A DNA stretch of 64,000 nucleotides from an uncultured Bacilli bacterium (GTDB taxonomy: Bacteria > Bacillota_I > Bacilli_A > RFN20 > CAG-826): the NCBI GenBank assembly GCA_944350425.1, contig CALVOX010000001.1, positions 41,155 through 105,154 on the forward strand, written 5' to 3'. The position numbers and the translations under genes are program-made. A model generated the notes under the pieces. It worked only from the letters and a program-made list of their open reading frames with translations. It ran no database searches and had not been told where the DNA came from. Numbering within the stretch: position 1 is the stretch's first letter; each line of letters begins with the position of its first letter. This document shows, piece after piece, positions 27,780 through 38,037 of this stretch.

Positions 27780-29303
27780 ATGAAATTAAGAGAGAGTGGA
27801 ATTTTATTAAATATCTCATCATTACCTTCAAAATATGGAATTGGTAATCTTGGTAAAGAAGCATATGAATTTATTGATTTCTTAAGTAAGAGTAAATGCA
27901 ATATTTGGCAAATTTTGCCCCTAAACGTTACTTCCTATGGTGATTCACCATATCAATCTCCATCTAATTATGGTTTAAATTATTACTATATTGATTTAGA
28001 TACATTAATAGATAAAGGTTTATTAAAAGAAGAAGAAATTAAAAATATCGACTTTGGAAGTGATCCTAAAAAAGTTGATTATGGTAAATTATTCAATAAT
28101 CGTCTTAAAGTATTAAAACTTGCATTTTCAAGATTTGATACAAGAAAAGAAGATTTTAAAGATTTCATCATAAAAAATCCTAAGTTTAAAGATTTTGCTT
28201 TATTTATGACAATAAAAGAGAAACAAAATCTTAAACCTTGGTATGAGTGGGATGTTAAGTATCGTAAATATAACACTTTACTTGAAGAAGAAGTAGTAAA
28301 AGAAAACAAAGAAACAATGCTCTTCTACATCTGGACTCAATACGAATTCTTAGATGAATATACTAAATTAAAAGAATATGCTAAATCTAAAAAGATTAAG
28401 ATTATGGGCGACTTACCTATTTATGTAGCGTTTGACTCATTAGAGGTATGGAAATTCCCAAGTCTCTTCCAATTAGATGAAAATAGATTCCCAACTGCAG
28501 TAGCAGGTTGCCCACCAGATTGTTTCTCAGTTGATGGTCAATTATGGGGAAATCCATTATATAATTGGCCATATCATAAAGAAACTGGTTATAAATGGTG
28601 GAATGAAAGAATTGCTAATTGTCTAGATTTATTTGATTATCTTAGAATTGATCACTTTAGAGGATTTAGTGGATATTATTCAATTCCATTTAAAGATAAA
28701 ACTGCTAAAAATGGAAAATGGATAAAAGGTCCAGGAATTGATTTGTTTAAAGATAAATTAAATTACCCTATCGTAGCCGAAGATCTTGGCATGATGGATG
28801 ATGATTTCTATAAGTTCTTTGATAAATGTGGTTATCCAGGTATGAAGATAGTAACACAATGTTTCGATGATGATGATCCGACTAACATTTGGAGACCATC
28901 GAATTATCCATACAACTATTTCTCATATACTGCAACTCATGATTCTCCAACTACTAGACAATTTATTGATGAAAGAACTCCAGAGCAAAAAGAATTAATG
29001 CTCGAGATATTAGAAGATGAATGTAAAAAATTTAGGATTCCATTTATTAAAAGTTTAAGTAACGAACAACTTACTTTAAAAATATGTGAACTTAATTTTG
29101 CTTCTCAATCTAGAGCAGCAATCGTTCCTCTTCAAGACTTATTTGCAATCGGTAAAGAAGGAAGAATGAACTTCCCTTCAACATTATCTACCGACAACTG
29201 GTCTTTCAGAATAACTAAAGAAGCTTTTGAAGCTAAAAAGAAGGAATTAAGTGAAATTCTACTTAGGTGGAATGATAATTATCAAAGAGGCATAGATAAC
29301 TAA
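27780..29303 (+). CDS. malQ: 4-alpha-glucanotransferase (amylomaltase, GH77)
   Basis: LRIDHFRGF, PIVAEDLG and YTATHDS catalytic motifs are all intact. RBS aagga. Confidence 0.9.
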   Translation: MKLRESGILLNISSLPSKYGIGNLGKEAYEFIDFLSKSKCNIWQILPLNVTSYGDSPYQSPSNYGLNYYYIDLDTLIDKGLLKEEEIKNIDFGSDPKKVDYGKLFNNRLKVLKLAFSRFDTRKEDFKDFIIKNPKFKDFALFMTIKEKQNLKPWYEWDVKYRKYNTLLEEEVVKENKETMLFYIWTQYEFLDEYTKLKEYAKSKKIKIMGDLPIYVAFDSLEVWKFPSLFQLDENRFPTAVAGCPPDCFSVDGQLWGNPLYNWPYHKETGYKWWNERIANCLDLFDYLRIDHFRGFSGYYSIPFKDKTAKNGKWIKGPGIDLFKDKLNYPIVAEDLGMMDDDFYKFFDKCGYPGMKIVTQCFDDDDPTNIWRPSNYPYNYFSYTATHDSPTTRQFIDERTPEQKELMLEILEDECKKFRIPFIKSLSNEQLTLKICELNFASQSRAAIVPLQDLFAIGKEGRMNFPSTLSTDNWSFRITKEAFEAKKKELSEILLRWNDNYQRGIDN

Positions 29304-29421
29304 TATATAACTAGTTATTTGCTAAAAAATTACTATTACTTAGGTTATTAAGCTCATATCGAGTTAATAATATAAATTAAAAATTTATTTTTCGTATTTA
29401 TAAGGAGGAAAAAATTAAAAT

Positions 29422-30708
29422 ATGAAAAAATTTAAATTCTTAGCCATCTTAGCAGCTGGCGCAATGGTTCTTGGGGGAGGCTTAGCATCTTGTACTCCAA
29501 GTGATAATCCAAATCCTAACCCAAATCCTAACCCAAATCCTAACCCAGAACCAGAAGGTAAAACAATTGATCTTGTTCTTTCAGGTCCAGGCGATGAAGC
29601 CGAACTTGACATGGAATTAATCGAGGACTTTAAAGAGTATCGTAAATCAATTGGTGACCCAAATACCTATAATATCGAAAGAGTTAACCACGGTGCAGAT
29701 AAAGTCGACTCTGAAGTTACTGACTGGACAACCGGACCAGATGTCTATGCATATGCTTCAGATAAAACACAAGGCTTATTCCAAAAAGGCGCTTTAGGTG
29801 TTTTAAGAGGCGATTACGAAACATTCGTTTTAGAAAATAACAGCCAAACTGGTATTGATGCTGCAACATTTAACGAAGATTTATATGGTTTCCCATATAC
29901 TGGTGATAATACATACTACTTAATGTATGATAAATCAGTATTCACAGAAGAAGATGTTCAATCAGTTGAAGGCATTTTGGCTAAATGTGCAGAAACAGGT
30001 ACAACATTTGCTTATAAATTACAAGAAGGTTTCTATGGGCAAGGTGCTATGTTCACTTTTGGTGCTGATTATAATTTAACATTCACTGAAGATGGTCAAA
30101 TCTCCACAATTGAGGCTGACTTTAATGGTGAAGCAGGTGTAAAAGCAGCTAAAGCTATTTATAGTATTGCAACAGATTCAAATTGGATTGATGAATATAT
30201 TGTAGCTGGAACTGATAACACAAAGATTGCTGTAAACGGAACTTGGAGTATTAGTGATGCTAAAGCTTTATTAGGCGATAACTATGGTTGTGCTCCTATG
30301 CCAACTGTTACAGTAGACGGTGATACAAAACCTTTAGGTAACTTTATTGGCGCTAAATTATTTGGCGTTAACCCTCAAAGATCTGGAACAGATCAAGATA
30401 GATTAACCGCTGCTTATAACTTAGCAATGTATCTTTCTGATGCTGATGCACAAGAAAAGAGATTCGACTCAAGAGAAACAGCTCCAAGTAACTTAACAGT
30501 TGCTGCATTAGACAAAGTTACTTCTAACGGAAACGTCCAAACATTAGTTAAACAAAATGAATGGGGTCATGCTCAAACTGTAGTTCCAGGTGAAGCTTGG
30601 AATGCTCCAGGTGTTTTACTTGGTGGAATTAAAGACGGAACAGTTACTTTAGATAATATCGAAGAAGCTTGTGAAGTTTATAATAACAGTATCATTAACT
30701 CTAAATAA
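29422..30708 (+). CDS. malE: Maltodextrin ABC transporter substrate-binding lipoprotein
   Basis: Lipobox LASC after MKKFKFLAILAAGAMVLGGG, then an (NP)n linker. Family-1 SBP core resembling MalE/MdxE. Confidence 0.85.
   Translation: MKKFKFLAILAAGAMVLGGGLASCTPSDNPNPNPNPNPNPNPEPEGKTIDLVLSGPGDEAELDMELIEDFKEYRKSIGDPNTYNIERVNHGADKVDSEVTDWTTGPDVYAYASDKTQGLFQKGALGVLRGDYETFVLENNSQTGIDAATFNEDLYGFPYTGDNTYYLMYDKSVFTEEDVQSVEGILAKCAETGTTFAYKLQEGFYGQGAMFTFGADYNLTFTEDGQISTIEADFNGEAGVKAAKAIYSIATDSNWIDEYIVAGTDNTKIAVNGTWSISDAKALLGDNYGCAPMPTVTVDGDTKPLGNFIGAKLFGVNPQRSGTDQDRLTAAYNLAMYLSDADAQEKRFDSRETAPSNLTVAALDKVTSNGNVQTLVKQNEWGHAQTVVPGEAWNAPGVLLGGIKDGTVTLDNIEEACEVYNNSIINSK
29506..29556 (+). repeat. In-frame tandem repeat encoding (NP)7-EPE linker
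   Basis: aatcctaaccca repeated 3 times, plus flanking aatcca / gaaccagaa units. Confidence 0.7.
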
Positions 30709-30723
30709 TTTATATTACTATAA

Positions 30724-30751
30724 CAAGGCAACTTTTTAGTTGCCTTGTTTC
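30724..30751 (+). terminator. Intercistronic hairpin (partial terminator/attenuator) between malE and malF
   Basis: caaggcaact-tttt-agttgccttg followed by tttcttg. Confidence 0.5.
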
Positions 30752-30772
30752 TTGTTCAAGAAAGGAGCGATT

Positions 30773-32314
30773 ATGTCAAATTTAGAATATTATTCTTTAT
30801 CTAGACCAAAAAGATTCTTTTATAAACTCGGTTCCTTCTTTGTAAACATTCCTCTTGGAATTGGAAGATTTTTTAAAAAACTTCCTAATAAATTAGTTAA
30901 TTTCTTTAAAAAATTTTTCACTCCCCTTGTTAATATTTGGTCATGGTTTTCTAAAGGTGACTTTTTGACCAGGCTTTCATTTGTTGTTATGGGATCGGGT
31001 CAAATCGCCAGACATCAAATAATAAGAGGCGTTTTGAACCTTTTATACGAAATCGTCGCAATCATATTTATAATTTTGGTCGGAGTACCAAGTTTTACTA
31101 AATTGCCATCATTTGGCTATATTTCATCTATACAATATGAAACTAACACACCACCATTTGTTGGCTATATGTATCAAGATGATAGTTTTAAAATTTTGCT
31201 TTATTCAGTTGTAAGCTTAATCGTAATTTTAATACTTGCCTTCCTTTGGTACACAAATATAAGAGATGCATATGAATTGCAAAGAACAAAGGAAATTGGA
31301 AGAAAAACTTCTGATCTACAAACAGTCAAAGGTTTAGTTGGCAAAGATTATCATAAGGTAATGCTTTCTATTCCTACATTAGGCATAGCTATTTTTACAG
31401 TAATTCCTTTAATTTTCATGGTGTTGGTTGCATTTACTAATTTCAATTCAAATCATATGAATCCTAAAGAATTATTTGACTGGGTAGGACTAGGAAATTT
31501 TTCACAATTATTAGGTTTGACAGGAACTAATAATGGAAATCAATTTGCAATGGTTTTCTTACAAATTCTCATTTGGACACTTATTTGGGCTTTCTTTGCA
31601 ACATTCACTAACTATTTTTTAGGAATGATTGTTGCTATCATGATCAATAAAAAAGGCATTAAGCTTAAAAAAATGTGGAGAACAATTTTAATTACAACGA
31701 TTGCAGTTCCACAATTCGTATCTTTACTTTTAATGTCAAAAATGCTTAACACAGATACAGGTGTCGTTAATGCGATTTTAAAAAATGCTGGTTTAATAAC
31801 AGAAAATATTAGATTCTTAACCGATGGTTTACTTGTAAAAGTTACAATCATCCTTGTTAACATGTGGATTGGTATTCCTTATACAATGCTCATGTGCACC
31901 GGTATTCTTATGAATATTCCTGATGATTTGTACGAATCTGCAAAGATCGATGGTGCAAGCCCTTATAAAATGTATATGAAAATTACACTTCCATATATGT
32001 TGTTTGTTACTACGCCATACTTAATTTCTCAATTCGTCGGTAATATCAACAACTTCAATGTTATTTATCTTCTTTCAAGCGGTGGTCCTATCTTCTCAAG
32101 TGTTAATGGTGAAATCATCACTGCACAAGTTTTCGGAGCTGGACAATCAGACTTGCTTATTACATGGTTATATAAAATGTCCATGGGCGAAGTATTTAAA
32201 GACTATGGCGCAGCATCAGTTATCGGAATTGTTGTCTTCGTTATCGTTGCTTTCTTCTCGCTTATTTTCTATGGAAGAAGTAATTCAGTTAAAAATGAGG
32301 AGGATTTCCAATAA
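30773..32314 (+). CDS. malF: Maltodextrin ABC transporter permease (MalF-like)
   Basis: Start at ATG 30773 (MSNLEYY…) after AAAGGAG. EAA-loop region …IDGASPYKMYMKITLP…. Confidence 0.85.
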   Translation: MSNLEYYSLSRPKRFFYKLGSFFVNIPLGIGRFFKKLPNKLVNFFKKFFTPLVNIWSWFSKGDFLTRLSFVVMGSGQIARHQIIRGVLNLLYEIVAIIFIILVGVPSFTKLPSFGYISSIQYETNTPPFVGYMYQDDSFKILLYSVVSLIVILILAFLWYTNIRDAYELQRTKEIGRKTSDLQTVKGLVGKDYHKVMLSIPTLGIAIFTVIPLIFMVLVAFTNFNSNHMNPKELFDWVGLGNFSQLLGLTGTNNGNQFAMVFLQILIWTLIWAFFATFTNYFLGMIVAIMINKKGIKLKKMWRTILITTIAVPQFVSLLLMSKMLNTDTGVVNAILKNAGLITENIRFLTDGLLVKVTIILVNMWIGIPYTMLMCTGILMNIPDDLYESAKIDGASPYKMYMKITLPYMLFVTTPYLISQFVGNINNFNVIYLLSSGGPIFSSVNGEIITAQVFGAGQSDLLITWLYKMSMGEVFKDYGAASVIGIVVFVIVAFFSLIFYGRSNSVKNEEDFQ

Positions 32315-33177
32315 TGTCTGCTAAAGTCGAACGTTATCACAGTAAGAAATTTAAGGAAATTTCTTCAAAAACACTTATTTACATCCTTTTAGTTATCATT
32401 TCGATAATATGGTTAATACCATTTGTTTATTTGGTATTTCAATCATTTGCTCAAAGTTATTCACCTTCAAACTTTATTCCAGCTGCTTGGACATTTGATA
32501 ACTATATTAATTTATTTACGGATATATCTTATCCATTTGGTAGATGGTATTTAAATACACTACTTATTGCTATTATTACCGCAATACTACAAACAGTTTT
32601 TACTTTAATGACTGCTTATGCATTCTCAAGATTAAGATTTAGATCAAGACAAGCATATATGAAATTTATTCTTGTAATCGGTATGTTCCCATCTTTCTTA
32701 GGAATGATTGTTACATATTTCTTATTACAAATGATAGGTTTATCAGCTTCAATATTTGGTCTCATCGTTATTTATGTTGCAGGTTCTGGAATGGGATACT
32801 ACGTTGCTAAAGGTTTCTTTGACACAATTCCAAAGTCATTAGATGAAGCTGCAATGATTGATGGTGCAAACAAAAATACAGTATTCTGGAAAGTTATTTT
32901 ACCTTTAGCAAAACCAATCGTTGTTTACACAGTTCTTATGAGTTTCACTGCTCCATGGGGTGACTATATGATGGCATCATATATTGCGCAAGGAAAACAA
33001 GAACTATTCAATGTTGCTGTTGGTTTGCAACAAATGATGACGAAAGGTAATGATATTAAATACTTCCCTCAATTCTGCGCTGGAGGTGTATTTGTCTCTA
33101 TTGGAATTATGGCTTTATTCTTCTGGTTACAAAAATATTATGTTGAAGGTGTAACAGGAGGAGCTGTTAAGGGTTAA
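32314..33177 (+). CDS. malG: Maltodextrin ABC transporter permease (MalG-like)
   Basis: 6 TM helices; EAA motif LDEAAMIDGANKNTVFWKVILPL. TAATG overlap with malF. Confidence 0.9.
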   Translation: MSAKVERYHSKKFKEISSKTLIYILLVIISIIWLIPFVYLVFQSFAQSYSPSNFIPAAWTFDNYINLFTDISYPFGRWYLNTLLIAIITAILQTVFTLMTAYAFSRLRFRSRQAYMKFILVIGMFPSFLGMIVTYFLLQMIGLSASIFGLIVIYVAGSGMGYYVAKGFFDTIPKSLDEAAMIDGANKNTVFWKVILPLAKPIVVYTVLMSFTAPWGDYMMASYIAQGKQELFNVAVGLQQMMTKGNDIKYFPQFCAGGVFVSIGIMALFFWLQKYYVEGVTGGAVKG

Positions 33178-33181
33178 AAAA

Positions 33182-34801
33182 ATGAAAAAAAGTAAATTAT
33201 TAATTATAACCTCACTTTTGTCTCTATTATCAATTGCATCTTGTACACCAGCAAATCCTTATGATGAAACATATGGCTACAGAATAGAAGAAAACATTGA
33301 TGATGTAACGCCTATTGATGATAACTATCGCAATTATTATGAAATCTTTGTAAGATCTTTCGCAGATTCTGATGGAGATGGAATAGGCGACTTAAATGGT
33401 ATAATAGAAAAATTAGATTATATAGAAGATTTGGAATATACAGGAATATGGTTAATGCCAATAAATCCTTCGCAATCTTATCATAAATATGATGTAGATA
33501 ATTATTATGAAATTGATCCGGACTATGGAACAATTGACGATTTAAAAAATCTAGTATCAATAGCACATGATAAAGGGATTAATGTTATTCTAGATCTTGT
33601 ACTTAACCATTCGTCTTTATACACTGAAGAATTTAAACTAGCAAGCGAAGCTTACAATAAATATATAAAAGGCGAAACATTAAACGAAGATGAACTTAGA
33701 TATTACGATTATTATTCATTTTTCGAAGGACAGGATGATCCTGATGCAAAGGGAAAAACACTATATAAACACCCAATTTATAACTTTTATTACGAAGGTA
33801 ATTTCTCTAGCTCAATGCCTGAATTGAATTTAGATTCACAATATGTAAAAGAAGATATTGAATCAATTGTTAAATACTACATAGATATAGGAATTGACGG
33901 TTTTAGACTCGACGCAGTTTTATATTATTTTATAAATAACACATCAAAAAATGTTGAATTTCTTAATTGGTTTAATTCTTATGTAAAATCGCTTGACGAA
34001 AACGCTTATATCGTAGGCGAAGCTTGGACTAGTGATCAAGTGATAAAACAATACTACGAATCGGGAATAGATTCTTTCTTCTATTTCGATGGATCGACAT
34101 CAAATCCTAATGGATTTTATCTAAACTCAACAAATTTAGATGGCAAACTTGCAAATTCATATTATGAAGGCTTACTAGACCTTATAGATACTTCATCAAA
34201 TGGTATTCCAGCCCCATTTCTAGATAATCATGATATGTCTAGATATGTTAGGGTTAATTCAATTGAAAAAACAAAATTCTATTATGGATTACTTTCAATG
34301 TCTAATGGAACAACATTTACATATTATGGTGATGAAGTTGGAATGGGCGGAACTATTCCACCAGATCAAAACGTAAGAACTTCAATAAGATGGGGTGAAG
34401 ATGATGAGAAATACGATACAGTTCAATTAACAGGTATAACAGCAGAAGTTTATCCTTACGGAACTGTAAAAGAAAATCTGGAAAACTCTAATTCTATCCT
34501 TAATTATTATAAAAAAGCTAATTATTTGAGAAATAAATTTAAATCAATAGCTAGAGGTGAAATATCTTTAGCAGAATTCGATAAAGATAGAGGGCTATTA
34601 ATAATTACTAAGTCTTACCTTGACGAAGAAATAAATATCGCTATTAATTTTAAAGAAAGAGATAACATCATTCTTACATCTAGCGATATAAGTGATAAAG
34701 AAATTGTCGGACAATTAATTGTCGATAACTCTAAATATATCGGTGAATTAAACGATGGAACTATAATTCTTCCACCTTATTCAATAGCGATATTCAAATA
34801 A
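33182..34801 (+). CDS. Lipoprotein GH13 alpha-amylase (surface-anchored)
   Basis: Lipobox IASC. GIDGFRLDAV, VGEAWT and LDNHDMSR catalytic regions. Confidence 0.85.
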   Translation: MKKSKLLIITSLLSLLSIASCTPANPYDETYGYRIEENIDDVTPIDDNYRNYYEIFVRSFADSDGDGIGDLNGIIEKLDYIEDLEYTGIWLMPINPSQSYHKYDVDNYYEIDPDYGTIDDLKNLVSIAHDKGINVILDLVLNHSSLYTEEFKLASEAYNKYIKGETLNEDELRYYDYYSFFEGQDDPDAKGKTLYKHPIYNFYYEGNFSSSMPELNLDSQYVKEDIESIVKYYIDIGIDGFRLDAVLYYFINNTSKNVEFLNWFNSYVKSLDENAYIVGEAWTSDQVIKQYYESGIDSFFYFDGSTSNPNGFYLNSTNLDGKLANSYYEGLLDLIDTSSNGIPAPFLDNHDMSRYVRVNSIEKTKFYYGLLSMSNGTTFTYYGDEVGMGGTIPPDQNVRTSIRWGEDDEKYDTVQLTGITAEVYPYGTVKENLENSNSILNYYKKANYLRNKFKSIARGEISLAEFDKDRGLLIITKSYLDEEINIAINFKERDNIILTSSDISDKEIVGQLIVDNSKYIGELNDGTIILPPYSIAIFK

Positions 34802-34823
34802 ATACCTAATGGAGGATTAAAAA

Positions 34824-37373
34824 ATGGCAAACATTAAATTAGACCACATCTATAAAGTTTATCCTAATGGTGTTAAAGCTGTCTCTGATTTTACAATGGA
34901 CATTAAAGATAAAGAATTCATTGTTTTCGTTGGGCCTTCGGGATGTGGCAAATCAACAACCTTAAGAATGATTGCTGGTCTAGAAGATATTAGCGCTGGC
35001 GAACTTTATATTGACGATAGAATTGTTAATGATGTTGAACCAAAAGATAGAGATATTGCAATGGTTTTCCAAAACTATGCACTTTATCCACACATGACTG
35101 TTTATGAAAATATGGCATTCGGTTTACAACTTAGACACGTTCCAACTGAAGAAATTCATGAAAGAGTCTTATGGGCTGCAAATATCTTGGGTTTAACAGA
35201 TTATTTAGATAGAAAACCTAGAGCAATGTCTGGTGGGCAAAGACAAAGAGTCGCTTTAGGTAGAGCTATCTTAAGAAATCCTAAAGTCATGTTACTTGAT
35301 GAACCACTTTCAAACCTTGATGCTAAACTTAGAGCACAAATGAGAAGTGAAATTGCAAAACTTCATCAAGATTTACAAACTACATTTATTTACGTCACTC
35401 ACGACCAAGTAGAAGCTATGACTCTTGGAACAAGAGTAGTTGTTATGAAACTTGGTGAAATTCAACAAATTGACTCACCAAAGAATTTATATGATTATCC
35501 ACAAAACAAGTTCGTTGCTGGTTTTATTGGAACACCTCAAATGAATTTCTTCCAAGCTACATTGCTTAGAAAAGGTGACCAAGTAGAAATTAATTTTGAA
35601 TGGTCTGATAATAAACTCATGGTTGATGCTAATGAATTAATTAAGGTCCAACCTTATTATCTTGACGGAAAGCATAAAGTCTGGTTTGGTATTAGATGTG
35701 AAGATATTTCATTGCTTGGACCTGGAGATCAAGTTAATCCAGAAGATAACTTCAATGTCAAAATTTCCCATTTCGAAGAACTTGGTAATGAAACATTAAT
35801 TTATGGCGATATTAATATGAATGGCGATGGCTTTAAAGAAACATCAACAAGAATTATTATTAAAGCTTTAAATTCAAATGGTTTAAACATTGGAGACGTT
35901 GTAAAGGCTAAACTTAACTTAGAAAAAGCACACTTCTTTGATATTAATAGTGAAGTATCAATCGTTCCGCGCATACCTACATTAAACGTTATATCTTGTA
36001 AAATTAACGGACATGAATTAACTTTTGATGGAAATACATTAACTTTACCAAAAGTAGTTGAAGTTAAAGAAGGAGATGGACAACTTTATTTACCAATTAA
36101 CGCTTTAAGCATTGATCAAAACGGAAAAGTTAATGCTAAAGTAATTAAAATTGAGCAAGTCGAAGATAAAAAACTTGCTTACTTAAAATTGAATGAAAGA
36201 GTCTTATTCTTGCTCGTTGGAGATGATGTTAAAGTTGGAGATGAAGTTAAACTTAATATTGACATAACTCAAATTACTATCAAAGATGGAGAAGAAGTAT
36301 TAGTTTCAACTTTGAAGAAATATAATGAAATTTCCTCAACATTTGTAAACTTTGTTACAGCAAATACTAATGAAAAGAACAAATACAATCCAATATTAAA
36401 TTCAAGAATCGAAGAAGTTAACAAGTCTTTTGATGAAAAAATTAAAGAAGTTAATGCAAAATATGATGCTTTAATTAAAGAAAATTCTTCAAAAGATTTA
36501 GCAGCAATTAAAGAAGTTAATAATAAGAAGATTGCCGAATTAACTCAAGAAACAAATGCTAAACTTAAAGAACTTGATGCAAATTATAAAAAGAACATTG
36601 CTGAAGTTAAAAAAGAACATAAAGTTAATAAGAAACAAGTCGTTTTAAAAGTTAAAGAAGAGCAAGAAAGAATTAAACGTGAAGAAAATGAATCTTACAA
36701 GAAATTCTTAAAAGTTAACAAAGATAAAGATGTTTATCATAAACGTAAAACCGAACATCAAGATTTTAAAGAAAATTTCCCTAAGGAAAGAGAAAATCTT
36801 ATCAATAAGGCTATAGATGGCGAAGCTTTAAACTTTGAAACTGCTCTTAACGAAATTAAAGCTCCTTATAAGAGAGACAAAAAAATACTTAAAAACAACT
36901 ATAAAACAACTGTTAAAGCACTTAAAGACGAGTACAACATCATTGAGGTATTGAATAAAGAAAGAAATGAGGAACTTTCTCGACTCACAAAACAAAAGAA
37001 AGTAGATTTAGCAAAAGCTAAACAAATCTTCTTCCTTAAAATTAACGGTCACTTATATCAATCGCCGGACACAATTTCTAATAAGATGATTCAAGGTTTA
37101 GGAACTAAAGTATTTGTTAAAGACTTCATCATTGAAATTCCTAATGATAAGATTCGTGTTAGCGATGAAGGATTAAAGGCTACTGTTGAATCTTTCTTAG
37201 ACTATGGTGATAAAAAATTTGTTATTTGTAATGTTAAAGAAGAAGACGGCAGCGAACACGAATTCTATGTCTTAAATGATAAAGAAATTGCCAAAGGAAC
37301 AGAAATTCATTTAACATTTGACTTAATTGATACCCACATTACTGAAAAATCAATGAATCTTAGAATTTATTAA
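34824..37373 (+). CDS. malK: MalK/MsmK-type ABC ATPase with ~480-aa C-terminal extension
   Basis: Walker A GPSGCGKST, signature LSGGQRQRV, Walker B LLDEPLSNLD, and the canonical TOBE-like regulatory domain to about aa 370. Then extra OB-like segments and a K/E-rich coiled-coil (…KEVNAKYDALIKEN…KVKEEQERIKREEN…). Confidence 0.85.
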   Translation: MANIKLDHIYKVYPNGVKAVSDFTMDIKDKEFIVFVGPSGCGKSTTLRMIAGLEDISAGELYIDDRIVNDVEPKDRDIAMVFQNYALYPHMTVYENMAFGLQLRHVPTEEIHERVLWAANILGLTDYLDRKPRAMSGGQRQRVALGRAILRNPKVMLLDEPLSNLDAKLRAQMRSEIAKLHQDLQTTFIYVTHDQVEAMTLGTRVVVMKLGEIQQIDSPKNLYDYPQNKFVAGFIGTPQMNFFQATLLRKGDQVEINFEWSDNKLMVDANELIKVQPYYLDGKHKVWFGIRCEDISLLGPGDQVNPEDNFNVKISHFEELGNETLIYGDINMNGDGFKETSTRIIIKALNSNGLNIGDVVKAKLNLEKAHFFDINSEVSIVPRIPTLNVISCKINGHELTFDGNTLTLPKVVEVKEGDGQLYLPINALSIDQNGKVNAKVIKIEQVEDKKLAYLKLNERVLFLLVGDDVKVGDEVKLNIDITQITIKDGEEVLVSTLKKYNEISSTFVNFVTANTNEKNKYNPILNSRIEEVNKSFDEKIKEVNAKYDALIKENSSKDLAAIKEVNNKKIAELTQETNAKLKELDANYKKNIAEVKKEHKVNKKQVVLKVKEEQERIKREENESYKKFLKVNKDKDVYHKRKTEHQDFKENFPKERENLINKAIDGEALNFETALNEIKAPYKRDKKILKNNYKTTVKALKDEYNIIEVLNKERNEELSRLTKQKKVDLAKAKQIFFLKINGHLYQSPDTISNKMIQGLGTKVFVKDFIIEIPNDKIRVSDEGLKATVESFLDYGDKKFVICNVKEEDGSEHEFYVLNDKEIAKGTEIHLTFDLIDTHITEKSMNLRIY

Positions 37374-37394
37374 TAAGTCTAGGAGGTAAAAACG

Positions 37395-37952
37395 ATGAAA
37401 CACAAAATAAAAATGTTTGCCCTTGGTTCATTATTAGGAATTCTAACTTCTTGTGGAGCACCTAAAGGCTACTTAAGTTATGATGAAATTTCTTCTAAAG
37501 TTTCTTCGTTCTCTGATTTAAGTTATACGACCTATTCATATGAAGGTTACTTTAATTGCAGAGGATTAGAAGGAGACTTTGATGCCCAAGGTAATAACGT
37601 TCAGTTTAGTAACGATAAAACATCTTACTATTTAAGTCTTCCTTTAAAATTAGAATCGGAAAATCTTGAAACGCAATATCAAACAATAGTCAATAAATTT
37701 GTTACATCAGATTCTATTGATACTGTTTATTGCTATGATACAAGCGATGATGGATTGGTTTTTAGGACTTTCGGCATTAATAAAAGATTAATTATTTCTA
37801 GATTCGGAATGGAAATAAGTGCTAAATGGAATGCCTATATCGCGTATGATTCAAATGGCTATCTAATTAGCGAAAAATTTGAAACAATTAATGTTGGCTC
37901 TGATCCTGATAGTCAAACAGTATATGGATATTCTGAATATTCATATAATTAA
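37395..37952 (+). CDS. Lipoprotein of unknown function
   Basis: Lipobox ILTSC; AGGAGG RBS 8 nt upstream. Confidence 0.6.
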   Translation: MKHKIKMFALGSLLGILTSCGAPKGYLSYDEISSKVSSFSDLSYTTYSYEGYFNCRGLEGDFDAQGNNVQFSNDKTSYYLSLPLKLESENLETQYQTIVNKFVTSDSIDTVYCYDTSDDGLVFRTFGINKRLIISRFGMEISAKWNAYIAYDSNGYLISEKFETINVGSDPDSQTVYGYSEYSYN

Positions 37953-37982
37953 TAAATAATTAATTTATTAAAATTATGTATA

Positions 37983-38013
37983 ATAAGGTTGATACAAATT
38001 GTATCAACCTTAT
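37983..38013 (+). terminator. 13-bp perfect hairpin between the two lipoprotein genes
   Basis: ataaggttgatacaa-a-ttgtatcaaccttat. T-tract weak. Confidence 0.35.
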
Positions 38014-38037
38014 TGATTAAATTTAATATTAACAACT

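Noticed and set aside
27628-27864. 78-aa minus ORF spanning the malQ2 promoter and start
   Set aside because: Overlaps the promoter, cre site and malQ2 start. No support.
28079-28309. 76-aa minus ORF
   Set aside because: Antisense within malQ2.
29415-29612. 65-aa minus ORF (GFGLGFGL…)
   Set aside because: Reverse-complement reading of the (NP)n repeat within malE.
30740-30772. Upstream-extended start for malF (MPCFLFKKGAI)
   Set aside because: It overlaps the malE terminator hairpin. The AAAGGAG RBS serves ATG 30773.
31612-33566. Short ORFs 31612-31863 (-), 32058-32324 (+), 33312-33566 (-)
   Set aside because: All embedded in malF/malG/amylase coding sequence.
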